DNA of 64,000 nucleotides from Azolla caroliniana (lineage: Eukaryota; Plantae; Polypodiophyta). The stretch is taken from the NCBI GenBank assembly GCA_043228905.1, contig JBHGNT010000009.1, forward strand, positions 15,376,001-15,440,000, in the 5' to 3' direction. The notes below the pieces were generated by a model. That model was not told the DNA's origin, ran no database searches, and saw nothing but the letters and a program-made list of their open reading frames with translations. Within the stretch, counting starts at the first letter, position 1; the number at the start of each line of letters is the position of its first letter. The translations under genes were made by a program, and so were the position numbers. Shown piece after piece: positions 13,601-27,069 of this stretch.

Positions 13601-13799
13601 GATATTGACAAGGCTTTTAGTTTGATTCACTTATGTCAAACCACCAATTGATTTCTCATAACCTTTTGGAGCCCATGACTAACCTCAATCGATAACATGA
13701 ACTCCATTATGAACATGTTGAACTTATCAAAAATTCATCTTCACTCAAAGTAAAACATTATTGTATGGCATAATTTTTAGAGCCATAAATATATTATAG

Positions 13800-14510
13800 A
13801 TAAATATACTAATTTGTGGTTAGCTAAACAACAACATATGTGATGATGGAAAAAAAATCAATGCCAAAAAAATTATGCAAATAACTTAGCTAACATCATA
13901 TGTGATGATAATGATGCATTCAATAATAAAGAATAATCAATAACAACTCATGCATGCATAGACATTATATGATGCTTGTCACAAAATCAAAGTAATCGGT
14001 CAATATCCATTCAACATAGAATGTGGACTCCATGTAACTAAGTTGCCCTAGAGGTCTAGATTCTTCCTATAGAAGCTATAGATAGAGACGAGAGGCACAT
14101 CAATCTAGAAAAAACAATTAACAAGCATAAAGTTCCTTGTCCATTGTACATTGAGCATTACAATAATCAAGGAAACTCCTCACACATAGATCATTATATA
14201 TGAGAAGAATAAAAGCTCACTTAGAGATATACTGATGTATAACAAATCCATCAATCTTCTTCTTTAAGTGAAAAAATTAAACATGCAATGTACTTACATT
14301 TCAAACATGTTAACCAATGGACGTTCTTATGACGATTCATAGGATATACCTATAAGAGCATACAATACACCAACATGACCCATAATTAAGGAATTTTTGT
14401 GTCTCATCACTAGATGTCTTCCTTGAAATTTTAGAACTTTTATTGTTAATTGACAAAACCTAAAAGAAAAAATCAATGTATTTGAACAATGTAAGGATCA
14501 ATAGTCCCAT
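13800..14510 (-). pseudogene. Diverged duplicate of the ERF gene's last codons and downstream region
   Basis: TTTGAACAATGTAAGGATCAATAGTCCCA at about 14481 equals 16218-16247 (minus W-D-Y-stop); colinear similarity between 13800-14510 and 15598-16250; also 12770-12870 resembles 15038-15132. Confidence 0.75.
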
Positions 14511-16235
14511 GACAACATGTCTTCATATATTGTGTTACGGAAGCGAAAAATATTTAACCAAAATAAAGGTATTAAGTAAAAACAAGAAACATAGGAGAAA
14601 CAAAGACATTAGAAGTTTAACAAGGTTCGGCAATTTCCCAATGCCTTTTACATGTTTTTGGACAATACTTGCTTTCACATTACAGATAATTGTTATTTCC
14701 TAAACTATGGCATGGAAGTGTCTCTAAGTGAGATCTTGTGCCAATGTCAATAAAAAAGAGGGAGAAGTGTGACAATCAACAATACTAAACACAAATAAGC
14801 CCATGGAAAGCAGGGTATAATTGTCACACAAGAAGCCATTTGCTCAAGAATTATTACATATGAGTGTTCCAAGCAAAACTTTGAGAAAACCCAAAAGACT
14901 CACTATGCATCATGTATGGGAATAGAAATTTTAGGGCACTTGGATTGGATCCACAAATAGGCGTGGCGCAAAATTATAACCTATTAGAGTTCTGGATGCA
15001 TCACCAATATATGGACAAGTATTAGATTTGAGATAGACAAAAAATGTTTTGTGGAATGCTTCTCTTTGGTGATAAATAGTGGACGAAATCATTGTTCAAG
15101 TTCTAAAACAAATGTTAAAGGAATGAATGTAAGGAGAACCATAAATAAATATATTAATTTGTCCCCCTAGGAGGAATTGATCATGGATATTTGGTTCACG
15201 ATTATCAGCTTCCTACGAGGGTAGTTGGACGAGGTTTGTGGCCACTCCGACGACGTGGTCACTCCTCGTTTACACTTTCGGCAAAAAATGGAGGAACACA
15301 CTGATGGTGATGCAAGGAGGAAATGGCCGAGGTGGAACTACCAGTACCAATGCTGGGTGTTTCCTACTCGTCTCCCACCCTCCCTCCATTGGAGGCCAAA
15401 GGATCAGGCTCGTGTTGGCCGGTGAATGTCACTAGTTTATAACTCTAGGTACCTAGTTAGTAGAAAGTATGAGAAGATATGTACGTAGTGTCATATTCTT
15501 AAACTTGGTCGAAGGTAGGGACTCCCAGATTTATATATAGTCTTTCTGTAAAAATCTCTCCTAACTAACGGGAAAGTAACTCTTTTTTTTTAATATATAT
15601 ATACTAATTGTGGTTAGCTAAACAACATATGTGATGGCATAATTTTCAATGTAAAACATAATGATGCAACTTAGTTAAACAACACCATATGTGATGCTAT
15701 CATTGCGTTCAATTTCAAAGATTGATTAATAAGAACTCATGCATGGATAGAAATTATAGGATACTCATCACAAATCAAAGTAATCTATCAAAGTCCATTC
15801 AACGTAGAATGTGGACGCAATGTACCCAAGTTTCCCTAGATGTCTAGATTCTTCCTTTCTAAGCTAGAGATAGGGAGGAGAGACACATTAATCTAGAAAA
15901 AACACTTAACAAGCATACAATTCTTTGTCCATTATACATCAAGCATTAAAATAATTCATGAAACTCGACACACATACATCATTCTATATAAGAAACATAC
16001 CAAAAAAATCCATCAACCTTCCTATTTGAATGAAGATATTAAACATGTAATGTACCTACATTGCTTAAATCGCCCATCAATCAATGGTCATTCTCTTTAA
16101 GGTTCATAGCATACACTAGTAAAAGCATGAAATACACCAACATGGCCATAATTGAGGACTAGATTTCTCAATTGAAATTTTAACACCTTTATTGTCAATT
16201 AACAAAAACTTAAATGCGTTTGAACAATGTAAGGA

Positions 16236-17138
16236 TCAATAGTCCCACAACAATATTTCTTGGTATAGTGTACATCCTTGATCAAATCCATTAGCATGAG
16301 ATGGATAGCTATTGACCTCATAGTTATTTAATGCATATTCACTTACAGAAATGATATCCCTAGACACAACACTCATGCTCTCTGGTATTGTGAGTTGATC
16401 AAACACATGCCAATAATGATGTTGTTCCGACACCAGTGATGCCAGACTGCCCCCAAGGACGTTGACGATGAATGCATCAAGATGTTCATGACAATGTGAT
16501 ATGCTTGATGTCACCATGCCATCATGGCAAGAACTAGACTCGGCATCATTGTCCTGGAACTTGTTTGAATCTATTGATGATGAATCATCATGATTTTTAG
16601 GTTCTAGTGTTAATGCATGGATGGTGTCAAATGTACTACTACTACTACTACTACTAGCAATGGATGTGTCACAGCTTTCTGGAGCCAATGTATGGGTGGT
16701 CTCATGTGCACTACTAACATCATTGGGTGATGGGTCATCTAGAGGGAAGGCATTAAGGAATGCAGCTGCCTGAGCAGCCGCCTGGATGTCTCTGGGGGCA
16801 GTCGAGATGGGGTGAGGAAGAATGTGGATGAGGTGAGGGAAATTGAGGTGAGCTTGTTTCCCTTTAAGGCAATGGGCGGCCACATCATAAGCCCGGGCTG
16901 CCATTTGAGGTGTAGGATAAGAGCCAAGCCAAATGCGTGTTTTCTTGCGTGGCTCTCGGATCTCGCATACCCATTTGCCCCAACTCCTCTTCCTCACACC
17001 ATGATATACGAAACCCGTGGTCTCGCTCGATCTCGGCACAATAATTGTATTATTGCTCTCTTTCGCCAATAGTCGATTGGGATCACATTCATTGGGAGCC
17101 TTTAATAAGTCTGAGGAGGAGGAGGATGGCATTGCCAT
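16236..17138 (-). CDS. AP2/ERF transcription factor, DREB subfamily (A-4/TINY-like, group III), intronless, about 300 aa
   Basis: AP2 domain [55 protein letters not shown] with DREB V14/E19; LPHP..DIQAAA motif; C-terminal LLWDY (LWSY-like). First ATG (MAMPSS) at 17138. Confidence 0.93.
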   Translation of the reverse strand: MAMPSSSSSDLLKAPNECDPNRLLAKESNNTIIVPRSSETTGFVYHGVRKRSWGKWVCEIREPRKKTRIWLGSYPTPQMAARAYDVAAHCLKGKQAHLNFPHLIHILPHPISTAPRDIQAAAQAAAFLNAFPLDDPSPNDVSSAHETTHTLAPESCDTSIASSSSSSSTFDTIHALTLEPKNHDDSSSIDSNKFQDNDAESSSCHDGMVTSSISHCHEHLDAFIVNVLGGSLASLVSEQHHYWHVFDQLTIPESMSVVSRDIISVSEYALNNYEVNSYPSHANGFDQGCTLYQEILLWDY

Positions 17139-19689
17139 TAGGGATTCTGATACTCCCACACTCACACTTGTCGATTGAATGTCCAATATCACGAAGTTCA
17201 CCCTTGTTTTCACTGATGTTGGCAATGCTCTCACGGACAATGGGGTTCATACGTAGGATGTTGATGAAGAATTGAAGGAGCCTTCATTAGTGGGTGTATG
17301 CATCACATGGTCTATTTCAAGTAAGGGAGAAGAGCTAGGACATTGATAAGTGGATTCATAAGGTAGGGTTCCACTGATGAATGAGAAAATTTAATGAGCA
17401 TCAATTATGACAATATCATGAGTCATGACTTACTCTTACCTTTGAGTGGCTTATACATATAATCTTATGTGATGCCTTTGAGAGAGACCCATGTGTGTGG
17501 GTTAATGTCTAAACAAGGTTAGATATATATACTCCACGCACATCGTAAAGGAATTAATCTCTCTAGAAACCCATGTTTCCTTGATCTCTCCGAGCAAAGC
17601 AAAGTTTTGTACCTACGTGTACTTTTTGGGTGTTGACGAGAAAGGATCATGCACATTCATGCCAAAGAATGCGTGTCGACATATTGGCCTACCATATTTC
17701 ATGTATGTAAATTCAGCACATGATCTTGGCTTGCTTCCTCGGTAGGCCTTCCATCAATTTCTTCAATTCAAAACTTTTCAACCATCATCTAAAACCATTT
17801 TTAGGCTCTGGTGATAACACCATGTTTTCTTGGTAAACCTTCCATCAATTTCTTTAATTCAAACTTTTCATTACTATGGTCATTCAAGGACTTTCCTAAT
17901 CATTTCCACTCCTATGACATGTGATTTTTTTCAATGATATTATAATGTGTTGAACTTAGAGTATTTATACCAACAATATATAAGCTTAGAATGAACTAAA
18001 TACAATATATAATGATGAAACATGAAAAGGTGACCTTTCAACCATAGACAACATCGTGAGAATTCTTGCTAAAATAACTTATTCTACACATTTGTAAAGG
18101 CTTAAATGTAAGGGTTCCTACGTGTCCTCTTTGACTTTAAACTTTTAGTGTTTATATAATGAGCACAAACACATCAATCAGATTTAATAACTTCATTTTG
18201 TCAAAGTTTGCACTCTAGGTTTGTACTACTAGAACTATGTTTGTGGGACTGAAGAATCTCACTTTCCAAAGGGTACGAGTTATCTACATCCCACTTAATA
18301 AGAAAGTTTTGTTAAAAAAGCGTGTAGGCATGGTACTTTGTGAGTCGTGGTATTGATTTGTGCCATTCATTTTCTCATATAATCTTGTTATTCTTGATAA
18401 TAAAATGAAACATGAGTTGAATTCACGATTGCTTTTAAGAATTATCACATTGAATTAGTCCTTTTAGTATATGTAGATGTTGAATCTCTAATTGCATATG
18501 GTCGTCATTCTCGCACACTAATACATAACTGCACACAAAATATTGAAATGTCTTTTAAATTAAGAATGTGCATCAATTCACTTAAGAGATTCATGAAAAA
18601 GGCATCTTTGTCTTTTTACCTCGTTGTTCATGACAAGCATTGGTTCAATTCAAGTTAAGCCAATACATGGAGGTTTGCAATGGATATGGAAAGTAGTTAA
18701 ACTGTAAACGTTGTTAATACTTAAGACTAATCAATGCTAGATAGTAAGGAACACTAATATGTATGTGAGATTTTGGTAGATAAATATTCTTAACAAGCAT
18801 AATAACATAACCATTTATGTTATATGGTAAACAAAACAACCAAAAGTGCTTTTTATGGAATGATGATGAAGATGATATGGCTTCTTGAATCCTTTCAAGG
18901 TCACTTCTAAACCGCACATGATTGGTCTTTATTCCAACTAATAACCTACTTTTAAGAATTTCTACTTTGAAATTAGCATTTGTGTGGTATAGAAAATAGC
19001 AAAAAAAATGTTTTTTAAGCAATGACAATGAAGATCTCTTTTAGTATGGCTTCTTGCATTGTTGAGGGGTCACTACTTCTAATTTACCTATAATTGGTCT
19101 TTTCTCCATCTCCATCTAACACCCTACTTTTAAGAGATTCTACTTCTAAATTGACACTTTTATAACATGCCTTTGACATTATTTTATTAACACTATTATT
19201 TGGAGATTAGTAATTTTAAATTGACCATTATTGCCCCTAATGTGTCTTACTCAGGCATTTGTCCATTATTTTTTCCCACCCTAGTTTATTGTACTTTTAA
19301 ATGGGAAACTATTGCCTCAAGTATAATTTCCTACGATGAGAGTTCTAACTTATTTTATTGTCCCAACTTTATTCTAGTCACACACCCCAATTTTATTTGC
19401 ACAACTTGGCATGGAAGACAAATTGTTTTTACAATTGTGGCATTTTCCCATTCATAAGTAGGGTTACAATTCAACACATTAACAATTGCTAGTGCATAAC
19501 ATGCTAGGAACACCATGCATAATCCACGTTATGCTCTTTACCACGACGAAGAGTAAACAACCTCCATGATCGTCAAGTGTTCTAGGTTGCAATCTCAATT
19601 GTTGATGCACTATACAAAGTATTACTCTCAATCGTTTGAAGGAACATGATTAATGATGTAATGACGCATGGCGTAAGACAGAAATACCA

Positions 19690-20110
19690 AATGATATCCC
19701 ACTGTTGTAGTTGGATGCTATATTCATCATCATGATTCCTATTTTCTGCTTGTTTGGATGACGACCAACACTTTTCCAATCTAGAAGATGATATTGCTTA
19801 TTTCAAAGATAAGAGGGAAGTTATTGTCTTTACTGGCATATGTGCTTGTCCAAGAAGTTTGCAACTCGATGCACAACAATTTTTCATGCCACAAATCTCA
19901 TGGATGCAAGAGGATATACAAATGTATAGTTTCTCCTCTATTGATGACAAGGATCTGGATCAATTTTGGTGTGCGTCCTTATGGCCCAAAATTAGTGGAT
20001 ATGCACGTAGAAAACATAGCCGAAATAGTGTGATTGTCAATGTGCTACTTTCCGAAGGTATTTTGGATTGCATAAACAATTCTCATTTGGTGAATGGACA
20101 CTAGAATTTG
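19690..20110 (+). mobile_element. LINE endonuclease fragment, same family as 29607-33560
   Basis: FSNLEDDIAYFKDKREVIVF...NSVIVNVLLSEGI matches FANLEDDIAYFKSKREVIVF...NSVIDYVLLSEGI in ORF 32149..32961. Confidence 0.85.
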
Positions 20111-20214
20111 ACATTTCGTTCACCGGATGGCACTCAACGTTTCTCCTCCCACAAAAGAGGGCTAGTTTTGTAATTTTAAAATTTTAGAGCCTCCGAGTCA
20201 AAGGCTACCTTTGG

Positions 20215-20370
20215 CCGAAACCTTAGACTCAAAATTTTGAGTTGAAGGTTGAGCCTTCAAATTCAAAAGTTTGAATCTAAGGTTAAGCCCTTGATTTTAA
20301 CTTTGAATGGAAGGTTGAGCTTTTAACTCAAAGCTAGAATCCAAGGGTCTACCCTTGACTTCAACGTTTG
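20215..20370. repeat. Degenerate about 31-33 bp quasi-palindromic tandem repeats
   Basis: Recurrent TTGA..GAAGGTT(G/A)AGCC(C/T)T..A(C)TCAAA units. Confidence 0.5.
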
Positions 20371-21797
20371 CATTGACTTGTTGTTCATTCCGCCATTGTT
20401 GATTGTCGTCTTCAACTCCTTTGACTACCTACGAGTGACATGCGATTACCACCTTATGCCACTCAAACTCTACAAAAAGTGCAATAATGTCATTCCATGA
20501 ATGTGAGCACCATTTTTCTCACCTTTCCGAGCTAAGATCGAAGATTGGTGTGGGTGAACAAAGTATTAATGTTGTAAGCTTGTCTACCGTGACGAAACCA
20601 TGAAACTTGGCATTCTACCAGAAGATGACAACAACACTAATGGACTTATGGAGAACTAGGATGAACTAAGAAGAAAATGCCAACAATACGAGAACCGAAA
20701 ATAGAATACTTCATCTGGTCAAGTACGGAAAAGTTTTGATCAATCCAACTTTTATTCATGAATTGGGTCCTCATTAGACATGGATGAACTCATCAAGAAG
20801 GTATATGAGAGCCTTAAAAAAGAAAAGATCAATGTTGAAGAGGAATTGAGAAAGTTGCCATAAAAGATGCACCCTATGAATTGATCATCATGAACATGAC
20901 ATAAGAGCATATCAGCTTAGACGCAACTTGTATACATGAACTTGGTACAATATAAAGAAAATGATCAAGAAAGAAAGGACTCTTACATTATGCCTTGTCC
21001 ACATTGGAAAGAAAACTGAACGAAGAAAAGGCCAAAGAAATGGGAAAAGGTGAACAGAAGACTCCATGTTCAAGGAAGAGGTGAAGAAAACTACAAGGGA
21101 TGGTCTAGATGATGCAACACCATGCATGCATCACTTGAAGGTTCGCATCCTACAGTTGGTTTCACAATAATGGATGTAAAAATGAAAAGATTATATGTGG
21201 TTTCGTACGATGAGACGAATTATTCAATCTTCAAAGCTTTGTATCTAAATTCAAAGTTACAGTGAAAGCCAAAGAAATACAGAAAGAAGACACTATGTTT
21301 GGGATTATGAAAGAAGAAGAAGTTAGAAAAAGACATAGTCCATATATGAGAAAAGATAACATCCAAACATCAGCAAGAAAACAAGCAAAATAAGGAGATG
21401 CCTCATTACCACATCCTAAGATTTGACCGTTAGAGAGCGAGGACGGTCCGGTTGATTAAAACAAGTTTACCATTGAAGCTTTAGGTCCATGCCTCAAGAG
21501 AAGGATGAAGATGATGCGAAAATGAATGCGAGTAAAGAGACAAAGTTTAAGATGAAGTGTTGGATGTAGATTTGAAGGATGTTCCCTAGGGGACAATTGA
21601 TGTACTAGACTCAATGGACAAAGGTTACAAAAAGGATGATGTCAAACCAAAGAACAACTTTGACACGGTGGAAACTCAATAGGAAGATTGGTGTGGACCT
21701 CTTCATGCACATTAGGTTTACATGTGTTTAGCTCGTGCATGAAGAGGACACTCATATGAAAGTAATAGAACATCAAAGCACTATATTGCAAGGCCGG

Positions 21798-21982
21798 ATG
21801 GGAAAATGTGAGGATGAGGAAAGAGATGCGAAAATCAACAAAAAGGTTTACAACAAAGAGGATCCGAAGGGTTGGAAGGTTAGCATTGCATGGGAAAATG
21901 TGAGGAAGAGGAAAGAGATATGAAAATCAACAAAAAGGTTTACAACAAAGAGGATCCGGAGGGTTGGAAGGTTAGCATTGCA
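21798..21982. repeat. 92-bp tandem duplication within decayed TE sequence
   Basis: ATGGGAAAATGTGAGGA...GGTTAGCATTGCA occurs twice. Confidence 0.9.
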
Positions 21983-23169
21983 TTCTGGATAACTACCATT
22001 GAAGTCTCAAAGCTCAATTTTTTTTCAAGTGGAACGAGCATGAATAGATTCGAAGGGGGAAATTGTTATACATGAACCCACGAGGCGAAAGAACCCAAAG
22101 GAAGTTATGGATTCGAGGAGGCCTATATCATATTTAGATACATGTCCTCATGTCACACTCAGTGAATTCAAGCTAGGCATACATGTCCAACTTTTGGAGA
22201 TTGAGAAGAAGTGTGAAAGAAAGAGTAGATAGAAGAGCTTTGTGCCACTTTGACAATAAGAAGAATATTAGAGAGAAGGGTGGGGACATTCACATTATAT
22301 GATGGGTTATTCTCGTAAGAGACAGCTCAAAACATTATGACAAGGACTTTGAAAATGGACAAAGATGTGAACTAGGTTTGGTGTATAGGATGTTCAACTT
22401 GGCTAAGGTGGAAGGAATGGTCATGTTGGAGTAGGAGGAAGAGAAATATGCAATCATTGGCTTAGATTTTAGATAGGTCTCTAGCATAGATGATTGATAC
22501 AAGGGGCAAAGGTTCCATCTTAACGAAGCCCCTCTACCACATTTGACACATTTAATGTGGGAAGGTCACGAGTGGAAACATGCCGAACTTAAGATATATA
22601 AAAGATTGAGGAATCATTGTAATGAAGTATTGGCATGTACTCTTTGGGTAGTGAGACTATACCCAAACTTTGAGCTTTCTCTACTAAACATAATTCAAAC
22701 AACTTTCATGCTTTTATATGTTCAAGAAATTCATGGAACTCATGATATTCTTGATGTCGAACAAGACCAACAAATCGGTGCAGCAATTCTTCCACATCCA
22801 ACTGAGGATCCGGTAGGATAAACAAATAATTCTTCATTGGATAACGAGGAGGAATCATTACAATAGTGGAGATACCTTTCGTTTTTTTATGGAAAATATT
22901 ATTATTTTTCTCCCAAAATTATGTATTTTTTGTTGTAAAGACATTTATTAATAAAAAGTATTTTTTCATTAAATTGTGTCTTTTTTTATATGTTAAATTT
23001 TTTATCCAATGACAATTATTTGACATATTATGTTGTAAGCATGTGTGAGTCGGGCATTGAAGGCAAAAATGAAAGTGAGAGCAAGACCAATGGTTAGAGC
23101 AAGCGTGAGAGAGTGAGAAAGAGCACACAAAAGCATGGGAGAGAATGAGAGAGGGAGATCAACATTTAT

Positions 23170-23359
23170 AGGTTAAAAAATAGTTATTTCAAGGCGTTGT
23201 TGTGTGACGTTATACATGTGTCGCTTAGCGATGCGACTACAAAACGCATCACTAACTAAGTCACTAATGGCATCACATAACGATGGTATGTAATTGTCGC
23301 CATTAGCGATGTAGTTAATGGCGTGTTTAGCGTCACTAATAGCCTATTGTATTGTAGTG
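23170..23359. mobile_element. CACTA (En/Spm) transposon terminus
   Basis: Ends ...TTGTAGTG (reverse complement CACTACAA) with subterminal GTCGC/TAGCGA repeats; partner end not found. Confidence 0.6.
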
Positions 23360-24620
23360 TAACGCGGATAAGGATGATCTAATATGCAAGGGGGTAGTGA
23401 TTGAAATGGATTGTCCTCCAATCCTAGGGATTATAGCAAGGTGTGCAACACTGAATGTAGCCACACTAAAATCAATGAATCCCCAAGTTGGTCACATCTC
23501 AAACAAAGAACAATTCCACAATAGATATGTTATCAATGGCAAGGTATGAAGGCGAAAGCGCCATGTTGTCTCAAGACGAAGACATTGCCCCAAATTTCCA
23601 TTATAAGACAACCCATGTAACTACTGAGGATCAAAATGCACGAGTGCTCAACAGCTTCAAAGAAAGTGAATATGAAAGGGCGTGTTTGTATGTAGGCAGA
23701 TTATAAAGGTCAATGACAACATATCCTTTATGGTCTAAGAAAGAGGCACAAAAGATCTAGAAGAAGGCATACAAGTACTTCTTACAAGGGGGTATCTTTG
23801 AAAGCAACCGAAGAAGAGGACAAGAACACCACTAAGAGTGGTTTGCGAGGAGGAACATATGACTTTGGTGTTTCAATTCCATGATAGTCCTTGGGCAAGG
23901 GCATGTCTACGTGGCCAACCTCCAAGAAGCTAATGGAGAAGTATTGGTGGCCAAGAATATAAAAGGATGTTTCTCACTTCATGGACACTCAGATGTATGA
24001 CATACGGATGAGTTACACTAAGCCTAGCTATTGGCGATACATTTTAAATGGATGGTAGACTTAGTATTCATGTCAATGGGAATGGGGCAAATGAAATACT
24101 TGATACTCAAGGAATGACCTTACAAACCAGGTGGAAGGAAGGGCCCTAAGAAACAAAATTACAATGGTATGTGCAAGTTCCTACTAGAATATGTCATATG
24201 CCAGTACAAGCGATTAGGAAGATAGTGGTAGACAAGAGAGAATTGAATGCTAATGAAGTTAGAGAGTTCTTCAAGTTGTTAGGAGTAAAGCTCTACCTTA
24301 TAGAGGCTAACAAGAAGATAGAGGGAGGGCATGGTCTTTTAATGAAAAACTACTGTGAGAATCTTTGTTTGAAGAGTCATAAATTGGGCCCGACTAGCCT
24401 TATGGGCTTATATTGGTCAAGCTCAAGTACAAACAGAAGTTGATAATTCCCATAGAGGAAATGATTATGTTATCAATGGCGATTTTATGGAAGGATGACA
24501 TGAAAAAAGAAGACATTCTTCCAATGAGCATAAGATAGCTTCAGAGGTGACCGACAAACTTGGAATGAACATGTTGAAGGTTTTTATAAGTCAAGAACAA
24601 AGGAGAGGTTCGACAACATG
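23360..24620 (+). mobile_element. Highly decayed gypsy pol (integrase region)
   Basis: Manual translation gives HDSPWA, KYWWPR, FKWMVDLVFM, LTNQVEGRALRN with many stops. Confidence 0.65.
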
Positions 24621-24835
24621 CATTGACTATGACTGAAGAAGATGATTCAGTGATTGCATTTAACAACCTTGACAACCAATGATGAGGACGTTTGTTTCGA
24701 ATTGAACCTTTTGTTGTAATTATCAAGTGCTAATATAAATATATATTTTCACCATAAATATTTGATTGTTCATCTTATTATTTGTACACAACATAAATGT
24801 TACAATGGTTAGCAAGTCTACAAGTGAAAAACAAC

Positions 24836-25388
24836 TAGCAATCGACAATGGTTCGGTTTGGTTCAATTCAACAGTCTCAAAGTTGAACCGCTTCAAACCA
24901 ACCATTTAAATGACTTGGAGCTTAAACCAAACTGAACTGAACTATGAAACTTTTAAATCAAAACCTATTCAAACAAAACCCTTGACAAATTTCTAAGCTC
25001 AAACCAGATCATTCAAAATATTACCAACTGTTAATGTGATGATTTCACACTTAAATTTTTGTGCAAACTAATATTTCGTATTAACTTTTTTAAGAACGCA
25101 TTTTCCAACCACAAGTCTCCTTTACATTAAAAAGGACATGCATGACGTCAAATGTCACAACTTATTATGTTAATGGGCTAGTTTAGGGTTTAAACATAAA
25201 CCGCAAGCCACACAAAGGCAATTAAACAAAAAAAAAAATCAGTGGACAAAAGCTCAAATTGAACCCTTCAACCCCCAAGCCAAATTCAACAGTTTACAAA
25301 TTTCTAAACCTGAACCAAACCAATTAAACTACTAAGCCACAATTTTTGTCGTTTGGTTCATCTCAACCTGAATCATTGCCAATTGCGA
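24836..25388. mobile_element. Putative non-autonomous MITE (hAT-like)
   Basis: About 25-bp imperfect TIRs (TAGCAATCGACAATGGTTCGGTTTG vs reverse complement TCGCAATTGGCAATGATTCAGGTTG); internal AACC repeats; only a weak 8-bp TSD. Confidence 0.45.
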
Positions 25389-26121
25389 ATAATAATGGCC
25401 TTGATGAGTTGTATTGTATACCTACATTACAATGATTAATTCATTCTACCAAAACACAAAGAAAGGAAGTTTAAAGCAATGGCCCATTGATAAAGTTAGT
25501 TTATAAATTTGTTTGTTTTGTTGGAGATCCATGACATCATTAGATGAAGCCAAAGAATCGCCTAGCTCAAATGCTGGGAAACCATCTTACTGCCCAAATT
25601 GTGTATTAACAGCTTCTCTCCAAAAGCTATAACGATGCAAATTAAGATCCAAAAACGAAAAAAATCCAAAACTGCCATCCATAAACATTCCCTATTTTGT
25701 TGTATTTCAATGACTTCTAAATAACTCAAAATGAACAAATCCTAACAAGAGAAAATTTTCCATCGTTCGTATTTAAACCACTCACAACAACTGGCAGCTC
25801 ACCAACACAGATATGATCAAGATTAGAGAACAAGCCAATTCCATAAAAGATAACATTACTAATTAAAGGAGGTTCACAAGCACAATGCATGATGAGTGTA
25901 TTGCGTAAGTGGTAGTGACTAGAAAACAGAAAAACACTTGCGAAGCACAATGGAAACCATTTTGCTAAGTAATCCAAGGAACATATGTGATACTAGCATT
26001 CACTTACATCTATATGGGACAAACAACTCCATTCAGTGTTCAGCTACATCACCATCACACCCAAGAAAATCTCGACTGGATGCAGAACATAATTTTCCAG
26101 CACTTATAGTCTATAATTTGA

Positions 26122-26243
26122 TCATTTCTCTTGATCATTCTTGCTTGCCCCTGAACTCGTGGGAGGAAGCACAATGCCCATTTCCTTAGTTAAATCAAGA
26201 ATGCTCTTCTCTAGATCATCGATTCGGCCTCCCATTTCATCGA
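26122..26243 (-). CDS. HSBP: HSBP (heat shock factor binding protein) last coding exon
   Basis: Translates (I)DEMGGRIDDLEKSILDLTKEMGIVLPPTSSGASKNDQEK*, the classic HSBP1 coiled coil. Confidence 0.92.
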
Positions 26244-26364
26244 GTGATAATTAATGTTAAGGCAAGGTCAAGAAGAATGTAGACAACTTTATCTCTAACC
26301 AATATCTTCTTATCAGTCATTTTCAATAACAGAATCAGATGGAACTAGTAAGATAAAAGGATAT
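26244..26364 (-). other. U12-type AT-AC intron (121 nt)
   Basis: 5' splice site ATATCCTTTT, branch point CCTTAAC about 11 nt from terminal AC; removal restores ...SIVTK-I-DEMG in frame. Confidence 0.93.
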
Positions 26365-26407
26365 TCTTTGTTACAATTGAGTCTGACATTGTTTCAAATC
26401 TAGATTG
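26365..26407 (-). CDS. HSBP: HSBP coding exon 4
   Basis: AG|QSRFETMSDSIVTK+1 nt|ATATCC. Confidence 0.92.
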
Positions 26408-26510
26408 CTACACAAAACACACGACATCTATTTCAGTTAGTCAAAATCAAATAAACAACATTGAATCATAAAACATAAACTTCAGCCAGAGGTATAAACT
26501 ATCAACTTAC

Positions 26511-26534
26511 CATCTGCTGCAAAAGATTTTGTAC
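26511..26534 (-). CDS. HSBP: HSBP 24-nt micro-exon 3
   Basis: CTGCAG|VQNLLQQM|GTAAGT. Confidence 0.92.
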
Positions 26535-27069
26535 CTGCAGAAGCACGAGAAGACATTGCCATTATAAGACGTGATTAATTAGAATTTGTAAGACATCAAT
26601 TAATATAACGTTAAGAAGAACTATGGAAAACAAATAGATCCCAGATTCGTAAATACATATCATTTCTCCTTGACTCATCTAGACTTCATGTGAAGAATGC
26701 AAAATAGCCATCATGCGAAATGGTATCTTCATAGATTAGACCATCCCTTCTATCATGTGTTTCAAGTAAGATATCTATGGATCCACCCAGTGTTCTTTAA
26801 CTTGATCTTTAAAAATCAGCTAGATTATGTGGGCCCAATATGTTTATCAAGAGTGTAAGAATAATCATGTTTATATGAGTCCAATATGTTATTGAGATTA
26901 AACACAAATTTGACATAATAATTTATTCAATTATAAGGAATAAGACGATAAAATAAGGCCAACAATAAGTATAAGTAAATGTACGCAAAGAGAAGCCACA
27001 ACTACCTATAGATTATTATTAAAATTTGATTACGTCATGATATCCATTAGATGCTATAGCATCACCTCA

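Noticed and set aside
17139-17240. ERF N-terminal extension in the ORF track
   Set aside because: Non-ATG start; the first ATG is at 17138.
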